Shown here: one piece after another, positions 52,381-64,000 of the stretch
Position numbering within the stretch: position 1 is the first letter of the stretch
How the letters are laid out: each line of letters starts with the position of its first letter
From: Octopus vulgaris
Taxonomy: Eukaryota
Length of the DNA: 64,000 bases
Direction of reading: 5' to 3'
Assembly: GCA_951406725.2 (NCBI GenBank)
Contig: OX597820.1
Span: 73,966,001-74,030,000 of the forward strand
The notes under the pieces: model-generated
The model's input: the letters and a program-made list of their open reading frames with translations, nothing else
Database searches by the model: none
Told to the model about the DNA's origin: nothing
Translations under genes and position numbers: made by a program

Positions 52381-52625
52381 GGCGGCGAGCTGGCAGAAAC
52401 GTTAGCATGCCGGGCAAAATGCTTAGCGGTATGTCGTCTGCCGTTAAGTTCTGAGTTCAAATTTCGCCGAGGTCGACTTTGCCTTTCATCCTTTCGGGGT
52501 CGATAAACTAAGTACCAGTTACGCACTGGGGTCGATGTAATCAACTTAATCCGTTTGTCTGTCCTTATTTGTCCCCTCTGCGTTTAGCCCCTTGTGGGTA
52601 GTAAAGAAATAGGTATTTCGTCTGC
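52381..52625 (+). mobile_element. SINE family A
   Basis: Head plus core. Confidence 0.8.
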
Positions 52626-52629
52626 CTAC

Positions 52630-52990
52630 GGAAAAGACCGTGGGAACCTTGGGCAATAGTGCCATGCAAAAAGAAAGCACATTACAGTAAGTGGCTCTCT
52701 TTTTTCTTTTCGTTTCTTTTCCTTTTGGTTCATTGGATTATGCTCAAGCTGGCTCCGTCATTCACATATGCCATCCTTGCTACATTCACCCATCTTTTTT
52801 TGAAGCATTCACTAGACAAAACTTCCCTCTCTACTCTCACCTTCCTCTTCAAGTGATAATTGAAGAAGTTGATGAGAGATTGACCAGAGAGGAAAGTCTT
52901 TGTCTCTAAACCTTTCAGACGCGTCCACTATACACATTCTTTCGCCATAGCCACAAGTACACTGAAAACGGCTCTTCCTTCCCGTTTCAA
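52630..52990 (-). pseudogene. Tx1-like LINE ORF2 C-terminal fragment
   Basis: LKRKVRVEREVLSSECFKKRWVNVARM-type terminal peptide. Confidence 0.4.
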
Positions 52991-53484
52991 GGAAGGTGGC
53001 TGCTAGACTTGTTAGAAATAGCAATCAAATCTCTCTAAAATCACACTCTTGGTCTTATGTGAATTCTCCCTTAAATAATTATTTCAAATTTTTGCCACAA
53101 GGGCAGCTTGGGGGAGGTGGGGAATGAGTCGATTACATCGACCCCAGTGTTTCACTGGTACTATTCATTGGTATTATTGGCGCAATGGCTCTCCCAAGAC
53201 ACAACAATATTTGTTTTAACACACGAATTCATATCAAGAATCTTGCAAAACAAATTCTAAAACGAAGTTTCCATATCTAGCAATATACTTGGCAACAATT
53301 GCGTAATTTAGGAATAATAGACGATGAAAATGTCAGAAGTATTTCTTTATTTCGATGGATTGTGTCGCATTTTGACATTTCGTTTCAAACTATTTTTATA
53401 CTCTTAAATGAGATGATATGTAACCTGACACTTTATATGTATTTCTTTTCTTGTGTTCTCTTTGGTGATGGTGGGTGGATATTA

Positions 53485-54000
53485 AGGCGGCGAACTGGCA
53501 GAAACGTTAGCACGCAACCGGGCGAAATGCATAGCGGTTTTCGTCTGTCCTTACGTTCTGAGTTCAAATTCCGCCGAGGTCGACTTTACCTTTTATCCTT
53601 TGTCTGTCCTTACTTGTCCCCTCTATGTTTAGCCCCTTGTGGGCAATAAAGAAATAAGAAACTTTAGCACGCTGGACGAAATGCTTAGCGGTATTTCGTC
53701 TGCTGCTACGTTCTGAGTTCAAATTCCGCCGAGGTCGACTTTGCCTTTCATCCTTTCGAGGTCGATTAAATAAGTACCAGTTACGCACTGGTTCGATATA
53801 ATCGACTTAATCCGTTAGTCTGTCCCCTCTGTGTGTAGCCTCTTGTGGACAGTAAATAAATAGGTATTTCGTCTGTCGTTACGTTCTGAGTTCAAATTCC
53901 GCCGTAGTCGACTTTGCCTTTCATCCTTTCGGGGTCGATAAATTAAGTACCAGTTGAGTACCTCCCCCAAAACTCAAGCCTTGTGCCTTGAGTAGAAAAG
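53485..54000 (+). mobile_element. SINE family A with internal tandem repeats
   Basis: Three GAGTTCAAATTCCGCCG core copies. Confidence 0.8.
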
Positions 54001-55124
54001 ATGGTGGTTGGATATTGTTGTCGTTGTTATTGTTGCTGGATTCATTGTCTGAATCCATTCCAGTCCTGCTCGAGCAGAACTGCGACTATAGACCTTCTAA
54101 TCACGACCATCCGGCAATTTTAACTCCCTCACTGACTACTACTACTACTACTACTACTACTAGTAGTAGTAGTAGTAGTAGTAATAATAATAATAATAAT
54201 AATGTTGTTGTTGTTTAGAGCCATGTCTGTTAGTCTTGTTAATGCAGCACTACGATCATAGAAATTCCATTCGCGAGGTTGGACAGTGTGCGTTACAAGC
54301 TCACTTTGTAACGAGGAGGTATCGAGATCAGTCCCGCTGCACAGCACCTTCTGCAAATATGTTTTACTATAGCCCCGGGTTGAGCAACGCTTTCTGAGTG
54401 AAGTTAACAGTAAAAAAATCAATATGTATGTATGTATGTATGTATGTATGTCTGTGCTTGTTCCCTATCACGACTTGACAACTAGTGTCGGTCAATTTAT
54501 GTCCCCGTTACTTAGAGGTTGAACAAATGAGGCCGATAGAATAAACATCAGGTTAAAAAAGAAAAAGAAGTACTTAGGTCGATTCATTCGACTAAAATTT
54601 CTTCAAGGCGGTGCTCCAGCATGGCCACAGTCTAATGACTGAAACAAGAAAAAGATGAAAGATAAAAGATAGATATATGATCCGAGGCAGACTTGTCTGC
54701 AATTTCTGTAAGGTGAGCGACCGCATATTGGACCCCTTGCTGGCCCTAGTGTAGGTGGCTTGTGGCTGTGGGTGTGTTAAGCTGATGGAGCCAGCTGGAT
54801 TGATATATTTATTTACGTATATTGTTCAGAAACAAATACTCGTAACCAAATTCACCCTATTTTCCTCCCGTCCCCCCATTTTTCTTTGTTACAAAATAAA
54901 TTCTGTTCATGTAATTTTGTCAAAAATTACTGCATTTCACGGTCAGTATAGCTGCTATTTCAGTGACGTACAATGGAGCCTCCCACCTACGTATGTTTAC
55001 TGACAATTCATAACTTTAATCACATGTGAATTTTAACATTCCACTAACACCACCCACTCACCGAGTTTTCTGCAAGAGAAAAGTAAATAAATGATACCTC
55101 TATCATCATCATCATCATCATCTA

Positions 55125-55156
<32 letters not shown>

Positions 55157-55516
55157 GTGAGGCGGTGAGTTAGCAGAATCGTTAGCACGCCGGGCAAAAA
55201 TGCTTAGCGGCATTTCGTCCGTCTTTACATCTCGAGTTCAAATTCCACCGAGGTCGACTTTGCATTTCATCTTTTTGGAGTTGATGAATTAAGCAATAGC
55301 AGAGCCCCGGGGTCGATGTAATCAACTTATCCTCTCCTCCAAATTTTAGGCTTTCTGCCTCTAATAGACAGGATTATTATTATTATTATTATTCCGAATA
55401 TGATATTTATTCCAATGGCACAATATTGTTTTATTAGCAGTACTGAAGTATATTTTAGGTCACCACACAAGATGTTCACGCATGACCGCTCACACATATA
55501 TGAGTGTATCTGTGTA

Positions 55517-55570
<54 letters not shown>

Positions 55571-55714
55571 TAAGTGCGTTTACGTGTGAGTATAAACCTT
55601 CCTGGATCTCTCCATTCGGCAGACCAGAAACGTGAAGGAGTCGGGCCCGCAAAACTTGAAGTGGCATAGAACCGAATCAAATAATACATGTAACTCCTAC
55701 TAAATATGTTGAGT

Positions 55715-56010
55715 TGGAGGTACATGGCCTAGTGGTTAGAGTAGCGGACTCGCGGTCGAGGGATCGTGGGTTCGAATCTCAGACCGGGTGATGTATGTGT
55801 TTATGAGCGAAACACCTTCGCTCCACGCGGCTCCGGCAGAAGGTAATGGCGAACTTCTACTGACTCTTTCGCCAACAACTTTCTCTCTTTCCTCCTGCAT
55901 CTTGCAGCGCACCTGCGACGGACCGGCGTCTCGTCCAGGTGGGGAACCTATACACCAAGGAAACCGGCCCTTATGAGCCAGGTATGGTTTAAGAAGGAAC
56001 AAACAACAAT
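55715..56010 (+). mobile_element. tRNA-Arg-like SINE (family C variant with a different tail), 13-bp TSD
   Basis: TGGCCTAGTGGTTAG...GACTCGCG...GGTTCGAATC; flanks aaatatgttgagt / aaatatgtcgagt. Confidence 0.8.
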
Positions 56011-57037
56011 AAATATGTCGAGTGCCTTTTTCTTTCGTTTATTCACTCACACGCGTGCGCGCGCACACACATTATAGTAGTATCAACGCCAAGCAGTATT
56101 TAGACATAAACGAACTTTATGCCAGTTAAGATATCTTTCTGACATATTTCAATTTCTAAAGGCAAATTCACTGCAGCTACCGTGGAGTAAAAAGATTCTC
56201 TCTTATGATAAAAAGGTGTAAAAACACCACGTCTGTCCAGTGCTGCCTCCTGTCGGATTCTCAAACATGTTTCTAGCTTTTTAGCCGTTATTAATAGGAA
56301 ATATCGAAGAGAGGGCAATTCTAGACAGACAATGAAAGCCGTAGTTTTAACTAAAACAGTCAACAGCATTGAATGAGTAACGCCATTCGACCGCCAGCTC
56401 AGAAAATATTACAGCAGTATCAGCGCCAAGCAGTGTTTAGATATAAGCGAAGTTTACGTTAGTTAAAATATGTTTCTAAAGGCAGGAAAATTCTATTGTT
56501 TTTCTTATCTACTTCGATAAAACTTTGTTAGAAATCTTCCTTCCAGGAAGATGTCAAATAATTAAAAATAGAAGAGAACAAATATACATATAGACATGCA
56601 TTCATACATACGTACTTACTTGCATGTATGCATACATTTAAATGGTCGATTTTAGCTTCGCTCCTTTCAGGTTTTTACAAAATTGTACATGTGTTACACT
56701 GATCGCCACTCGCACAATTGTAATACGCCCTTCGCCGAAATTGGCCTTGTGCCAATTTACAATCTGCGCACTTCTATAATAAACCAAATCTATATATCTC
56801 TAAGATATACAGATTATTACATCCGGCCAATCTAATTTCTGAGATAATAAGAGATATCTCAATTTACCGGTACCATTTAGACTCAACCACAAACATTTAC
56901 TATTTCTCTCTGTTTCTCTTAGTCAGTCAGTCAGTCTCTGACTGTCTGTCTCTCTCTCTCTAGCAACAGATACAGACACGCGTGCACGTATACACTGTTC
57001 AATTAGTAATAATAATAGTAATAATAATAATAATAAT

Positions 57038-57860
57038 GATCCTTTCTACTATCGGCACAAAGCCCGAAAATTCGGGAGAGGAGAGTCGATTATATCGATC
57101 TCCAGTGCTCAACTGGTACTTATTTTATCGACCCTAAAAATCTACCTCGGGGGAATTTGAACTCAGAACGTAAATACTGACGAAATACCGCTAAGCATTT
57201 TGCCTGTCGTGCTCGCAAAATTCCGCCAGCTTGCCGCCTATAATAATGATAATAATAATTCTCTCTCCTGTAGGCACAAGGCTTGAAATTGGGTGGGAGG
57301 GGCATAGTCGATTACTCAACTGGTACTTAATTTATCGCCCCCGAAAGGATGAAAAGCACAGTCGACCTCGACGAAATTTGAACTCAGAACGTAGCGGCAG
57401 ACGAAATACCAATAAGCATTTCACCCGGCGTACTAACGATTCTGCCAGTTTGCCGTCTATAATACTAGTGCTACTACTACTAATAATAATAGTTTAAAAT
57501 TTTGCCACAAGGGTAGCAATTTTGGGGATGGGGTTAAGTCGATTACGTCGACTCCAGTGTTCAACTGGTACTTATGTTATAGACCTCGAAAAAGAAAAAA
57601 AAAAAAGAAACATGAAAGGCAAAGTCGACTTCAATGCAATTTGAACTGAGAACGCAAGAAGCCAGAAGAAATAGAGTCAATGCAGCGAATTACCATGATC
57701 GTTAGCACGCTGAACAAAATGGTTTGCACGTTCGTCATTACGTTCTGAGTCCAAATCCGACCGTGGTAGACCCTACCCTCTATCCTTTCGAGGTCGATTA
57801 AACAAGCACCCACCTGAACACAGGGGTCGATGTAATCAGCTTACACTCTCCCTTATTGCT
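57038..57860. mobile_element. Cluster of family A SINEs in both orientations among (AAT)n tracts
   Basis: Repeated core and head fragments. Confidence 0.7.
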
Positions 57861-57939
57861 GGCTTAGTGTAAAAAATTAAAACCATAATTATTTATGGGG
57901 TCGATTATTATATGGGTACTACTGTACAAGGGTTTCGTT

Positions 57940-58312
57940 GAGGTGAAATGGCCCAGTGGTTAGGGCAGCGGACTCGCGGTCGTAGGATCGCAGTTTCGAT
58001 TCCCAGACCAGGCGTTGCGAGTGTCTATTGAGCGAAAACACCTAAAGCTCCACGAGTCTCCGGCAGTGGGTGGTAGCGAACCCTGCTATACTCTTTCACC
58101 ACAACTTTCTCTCACTCTTTCTTCCTGTTACTCTTGTACCTGTATTTCAAAGGGCCAACCTTGACACACTGTGTCACGCTGAATCTTCCCGAGAACTACG
58201 TTAAGGGTGCATGTGTCAGTGGAGTACTCAGCCACTTGCACGTTAATTTCGCAAGCAGGCTGTTCCGTTGATCGGATCAGCTGGAACCCTCGACGTCGTA
58301 ACCAACGGATTG
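57940..58312 (+). mobile_element. SINE family C, full length (tRNA-Arg(TCG)-like head)
   Basis: TGGCCCAGTGGTTAGGGCAGCGGACTCGCGGTCGTAGGATCGCAGTTTCGATTCC: A/B boxes and TCG anticodon-like loop; consistent with described octopus tRNA-Arg SINEs (inference). Confidence 0.8.
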
Positions 58313-59467
58313 CCAAAGGTTCAAATTCATGCTGGAATTCATCGTGCCGTATCGGCAGCAAACTTCTAAATGCTATCTAAATTAATAAATACAAAAATAA
58401 ACATTGATTTACAGTAATAATACTGATTTTACGCATTAAAATACACGTCCTACAAAATAACAGCCATAACTAAAACCGCGTAGATTTTATAAATATTTAC
58501 GTTTGCTTTCTTCCTTGTATCCATCACAAAAGGCTTACCTAGTATATTTACAGTTGATAAATATTGCATATTAGCACAAGTATACAGTAACAATATACAC
58601 ATGGCCGATACCTGCTCAGCTTTCGGCGTGTCTATCATCACCTACTCGGTGTGTTTCACATCACAACTCAATAACAACATTATTTTCATAGTCGAGGTTA
58701 AAATCGCACATCACAGGTGCAGTATATCAGCGCTGTATTTTCATTTCTAATTTATTTAATGTACTTTGAGGTGTTTAAATACCAAAATTGATAAAAGACA
58801 GAGAAACATGCATTATCCCTTTCGTTACTATATTTCTGACCAAAGTATACCCCTCATGATTTTCAATTAAATTCTAAAATAATCATGAATTTAGACTAGT
58901 TTCATTAAACAACTCTAACTTTTTTACTTATCAACATATTAATGTGATATTTGGAACATAATTGAAGAAAGGGTTCTTAATCAATTCCATTGCATAATTT
59001 TTGTCTCAAAGTGACTCTAATTACAGGTAAATCCAGGTATACTAAGCAAAAAGGTAAAAATATTAAAATTTTGTTTAAACATTACCATAGAAAATTAGTC
59101 CTCAGCTAATATTTACTTGAGGTATGCAACAAAATTTTGATATAGAAGAATTCTGCACATCACTTGATTATCAGTTGAATTTAATGCACAGAAGAACAGG
59201 TATACCATAAAGGTAAAATAAATTAAAATACTGGAATTTGTTTTTTAAGAAAACTAGAAAATTAAATACAACTGAATGAAATATATTCACAAACATATGA
59301 ATACACAGGAACATATACAATAAAGATTTACAATAGAAATTAAATCAAAACTTGTCACTCACTTTACAGGCAAATTAAAATTACAGGTAAATTAAAATAA
59401 AAAGTTAAAACTAAGTAAATTTGAAAAATATTTATACAATCTAATCGTACATATATACAAACAATAT

Positions 59468-61174
59468 TTACACTATATTTCTATCAGGGAAAGTTGTAAA
59501 ACATCTCACTCTACATACTGCAACCTTGCAGAATGCACATTGGAAGGACGTTTCAACTGGCCGTCCACTGGGAGTTTTTCTTTTTTGATGTAGACATTCA
59601 CGGCACTGCCTTTTGTGATCCCCGATTTTTTTTCTAATTTATGTAGATCGGCTGAACTCAGAGGAATATCTCTCTGGCAGGTTTTGCTTTTCCTTCCTGC
59701 AGTTTTTATTTTTTTGAGGAATATCCTGCCCTCAACTGCGTTGCTACATCTGCCCGGAACTGCAGATGATCGCACCGCTTGCGAACCCCTCCTGATTTGG
59801 TATATAATATATATGCATTTACAATGCTAATATTTACTATATACCAAACCAGGTATCTCCACCATTTATTACCCGGTCTACCAACCGGATAATAACTCAT
59901 CATCTGGTTCAGCCGATCCACACCGCCCATGTACCTGTTATAATCAAGGTTCACAAACGGAGTGCCATTTTTATCTACACATGGTTGTGCACTGGTAGAT
60001 AGAAAATTTATCTGCCTCTTATCTCTATATGTGGTCGCTAGTAGATTTCCTTTCTGCCGTTGGATTATTTCACCTCTTTTTTTTTACTTTTGCTTTTTTT
60101 ATATCCAACGGCAGCCCTTTTCTACTAGCAATTACTGTAGCACACGTATACGTTGTCACAGCTTCTAAATCCTCCGCAAGTTTGACCGAACTAAAAACTC
60201 GGTCAAAACATAATATTCGGCCCTGGTTATGGTATGGAAGAGATAAATTCCAGACCACATCATATCCTAGGCCGTGCTGACTAACATTATTGTCTCTTTT
60301 TCCAGTGTAGAAGCTAAATCCACAGCAGTACCCAGTATTTGCTTCACATATTTTCTAAACTTTGACCCCCCATTTTGTGGGCTTTCCTGGCATATACTGT
60401 CGAAAACGTACTCGGCCTTTATAGCCCACCATACCCTCATCGACGGATAAATACCTTCCAGGGTTGTAAAATGTTTTATATGCATTTTGAACACCGTCAA
60501 TGAGGGGTCTTATTTTAAATAAGGGATCAAAGTTTGGTTCTCCACGTACTGGGGTACTGCTACTGTCTCTCATGTGCAAGTATTGATTTAGTTTTATAAA
60601 TCTTATTCTGGTCATTATACTGGAAACATATTCATCGCCGAAAGGTTCCTGTTTGCTCCAGTAATTTGTAATTCTGGGTAACGTACTCGGCATTTATAGC
60701 CCACCATACCCTCATCGACGGATAAATAATATTTATGGCAAAAAATGTCCGCATTTCGTCTATGGTTGTTGGATACCACAAGCTATCTCTTTTTCGAGCT
60801 TGTTTACTTTCTGCGTGACGATTCGTCTCTGCAGTTATTGCTTCAAACAAGCATGCTGGAAAAAATAAAAATAAAAAGTCTATTGGTTTCGCTTCTTGAG
60901 AAAGACTATGGGTAGACCCTGTCTCAGAAAAAATGTTAATAGACACTTTTTTTAACTTATTACACCATTCTGGTGTAAAATAATCCTTGTTGTCTGTGTC
61001 GCTATTTTCAGTTTCAGAATCGCTTTCGGATGCTGAAATATCCAATTCAAATTCATCCACCACGTGCTTTTCTACTTCATCCATTCTTCTCCTCGAAATC
61101 TCCATATCTTCAGTCGAAAAACCTTCAAATTCGGAATCACTGCTTGATAGCATAAAACTCCTCTCCATTTTCAA
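59468..61174 (-). pseudogene. piggyBac (PGBD-like) transposase, frameshifted; element ~58814-61380
   Basis: Acidic N-terminus; YWS, FDPLFKIRP, LSVDEGMVGYKGR..RQYMPGKPTKWGVK, FDRVFSS, DYNRYMGGVD, KWWR; C-terminal CRECL...QCAFCKVAVC; ttatCCCTTTCG end at ~58814. Confidence 0.85.
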
Positions 61175-61391
61175 AGTTGAAAAAAATTACCGTCGATAAA
61201 AATGTGGAAAAAAATCTCCCAATATTCACTGAGTTCAAATATCACGCCAAACAATGTCGGATACAATAACTAAACTGTTAGCAAAGTGAAATCACGTGTT
61301 TTAACGAATGTACCAACGAGATTTGGGTTCAAATTTACATTTAAATAACAATAGCTTCTCTCGGCCGGGTTGGTAATATGAACCAAAAAAT

Positions 61392-61498
61392 TTATGTGTC
61401 GCATAGCTAGCTAGAGGCGATGGTCTCTTGGAGCTAATCAACGGCAGCATTCGTCCTATTTTTCTGGGCTGCCATGTTAGCTTGGCGATAACTATTAT
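61392..61498 (+). repeat. Diverged fragment of the 363-bp HHR element family
   Basis: tagctagctagaggcgatggtctcttggagctaat...gccatgttagcttggcgataactattat aligns with 1741-1847. Confidence 0.7.
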
Positions 61499-61959
61499 AA
61501 AAAAAAAGCATTATTTTCCACGCAAATAAAAAATCTCTGCTGAAAATGTTATCTTTTTGTTTAAGCTTCTGCTCAGGAATTCCATTTTCTTATATTTCCT
61601 CTTTCCTTGTTTCAGTTATTGGAATATGGTCATGTTGGCCTGAAAGTCTGGTGCTTATTTTCTCTCGATTTTTTTTTTACTGGGCCTCTAAGTTATGCGA
61701 TATAAACAAGCCAATACCGATTGTCAAAACACACACACAGATATAAGTTTTCTCTGGTTCAGCCTACAAAAACTTCACTCGCAAGATATGGGTCGGCCCA
61801 GCGTTATGGTAAAAGACACCTGCTCCGGGTGCCCAGCTGTGGGATTGAACCAAAAACCACGTCGTTGCAAACTAAGCTTCTTAAACACACAGCCATACCT
61901 GCGCTTTTGTTGCATTTATGTTTATTTAAGAAATTTTATTTATTTAAGAAATTCAACTA

Positions 61960-62172
61960 AGGCGGCGAGATGGCAGAAACGTTAGCATGCCAGGCAAAAT
62001 GCTTAGCGCTATTTACTGTCTTTATGTTCTGAGTTCAAATTCCGCCGAGATTGACCTTGACTTTCATCTTCTCGGTGTCGATAAAATAAGTACCAGGTGA
62101 GCCCTGGTGTCGATGTAATCACTTACCTCTACTCTGAAAATTGCTGGCCTTGTGCCAAAATTTGAAACCAGT
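61960..62172 (+). mobile_element. SINE family A monomer
   Basis: Head, core and tail. Confidence 0.75.
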
Positions 62173-62519
62173 AATAAATTCAGGTCATGAAATATAAATC
62201 AGGAACAACGAAATAGAAGCAATAATGATTTATGCATTTGAAAAGTGAAGTAGAAATTTAATTTAGTTTCGAATTAGAGTTCCATGGTATATCTTAATCA
62301 TAAAAGTTCATTAAAATTTTTGTAACCTTGCAGATACTAGATAATAACAAGATTCGGTCACTGGAAACATATTTATATTGTAAAAATAAACACTTAAATA
62401 AATCCTCAGATAACTGTTCATTGATAGCACATGGATTAGTTCAATCACGTTAATGATGAAAAAGTAGCCAAATTAAAAGAGATATTCGGTAATAGGATAG
62501 AAAACACAGAATTGCGGGT

Positions 62520-62577
<58 letters not shown>

Positions 62578-64000
62578 TGTGTGTGTGTATGTACATATAT
62601 GTGTAAGGCGGCGAGCTGGTAGAATCGTTGATGCGTGGGGCAAAACGCTTAGTGATATTTACGATCTGAGTTTAAATTCCGCCGATGTTGCAGTTGCTGT
62701 TCATCCCTTCGGGGTCGAGGAAATAAGTACCAAACTGAGCAATTCAGTCGATGCAATTGACTTCAATCCAGCTAAAACTGCTGGCCCTGTACCAAAATAA
62801 GAAAGGATATATATGCATATAATAATATAAATAATATATATATATATATATATATATATTTACATGCATATACGGGTACAGGACGTCACCAAACAGTAAA
62901 CAACATGAAATACGACGAAAGCAAATAAGTTCAATACGAAAACAACGAGAGAAACAAATGGAAAAGAGGACAAGTAACACAAAGAACGACCCTACGTCAG
63001 CTGTCGGCTGTCTTTCTACTCATCGTTTCGAGCATTGAACGAGAATATGTGTCTTCTCGACAGTCGCTCCCATACGTGCTGAAATAAAATTTGGGATTTA
63101 TGGAGTCAAAGTCGGGAACAAAAACAGCGAACGAAAACAAGCATGGAGGGTCGTTAGACCAGAATGTGGGTAAAAATAGCAAACGCTGGAGAAATATTTT
63201 CTTTGACAAGAGAAAAGATATAAGAGAGAGATAGGATATGTGTTGTCCTTAAAACAGTCGTGAAAGAAAAGAAAGATGATCACGTGAAGAACAGAAAGAT
63301 GGACGATGGTCACGTGTGAGCAACGAGAGAGAGAGAGAGTGAAGCGGAGAAAGAGGGGGAGGGAGGGACAGTGAGAGAAAACTGTGTAAAGTCACATAAC
63401 TAACTGGTACTCCGCTGGTTACGATGGAGAAGGTTCTAGTTGATCTGATCGACAGAACAGACTGCTCGTGAAATTAACGTGTAAGTGGCTGAGTACTCCA
63501 CAGACACGCGTAGCCTTAACGTACTTCTTAGATATATATGTATGCATGTAAATGTGTATGTCTCCCTATTTTTGCGTTTCTCCTCCACCATCATTTGTCT
63601 ATGGTGTTGGCTTTTTTTATAATCCTGCAGGTTAGAAGTTCGGCAGGTGAGACCTATATAATGAATACCACACTTACGAAAAACAAAAAAAGAAAAAGCA
63701 GGTCAGTTCTCGGCTTGTCCAACTAAACCAATCAAGGGGGTGCTCCAGCATGACCGCAGTCCAATAATTGAAACAAGAAAAAAATTAAAGATTAAAGATT
63801 AAATAAAGCGATGAAAAAATAAGAACGTGCGAATGTGTGAATGTATTTTAAGAGAGAGAAAAAGAGGGAAAAAAAAGGTGTGAAGGAAGTAATCCGAGAC
63901 AAAGGGACAATATGCGGTGGGTGGGTTTGTCGGTGGTTGATTTTCTGACTGGGTTATTATTATTATTTGATAAAAAGGGGACAAAAACGTGTTCAACATA

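Noticed and set aside
57945-58015. tRNA-Arg gene (also 55720 and 18815-18886)
   Set aside because: tRNA-like heads of SINEs; they continue into SINE body sequence and lack a clean acceptor stem.

Overview
AT-rich, repeat-saturated eukaryotic window. The SINE families and microsatellite style suggest an octopus-like cephalopod (inference). No host protein-coding exon is recognisable, and most ORF-track hits are microsatellite translations. Contents: three tRNA-type SINE families; decayed LINEs (RTE, CR1-group, Tx1/L1, Dong/R4-like, R2/Hero-like); DNA transposons (Tc1, mariner, DD37D-like, piggyBac, hAT and Tigger-type MITEs); two Penelope-like elements (PLEs), one with an uninterrupted ~650-codon RT + GIY-YIG frame; and a 100-N gap. 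The main signal is hammerhead-ribozyme (HHR) motifs in at least six sequence families, nearly all embedded in (TA)n tracts. These include a 5.4-kb array of ~10.5 near-identical 491-bp structured units with one HHR each plus an inverted terminal arm, and a 363-bp-unit element whose HHR has a compensatory U3-A8 core. The picture fits retrozyme-like circular RNAs copied by rolling-circle/twin-primed reverse transcription by PLE machinery. HHR structures were paired by eye; activity, expression and novelty are untested.
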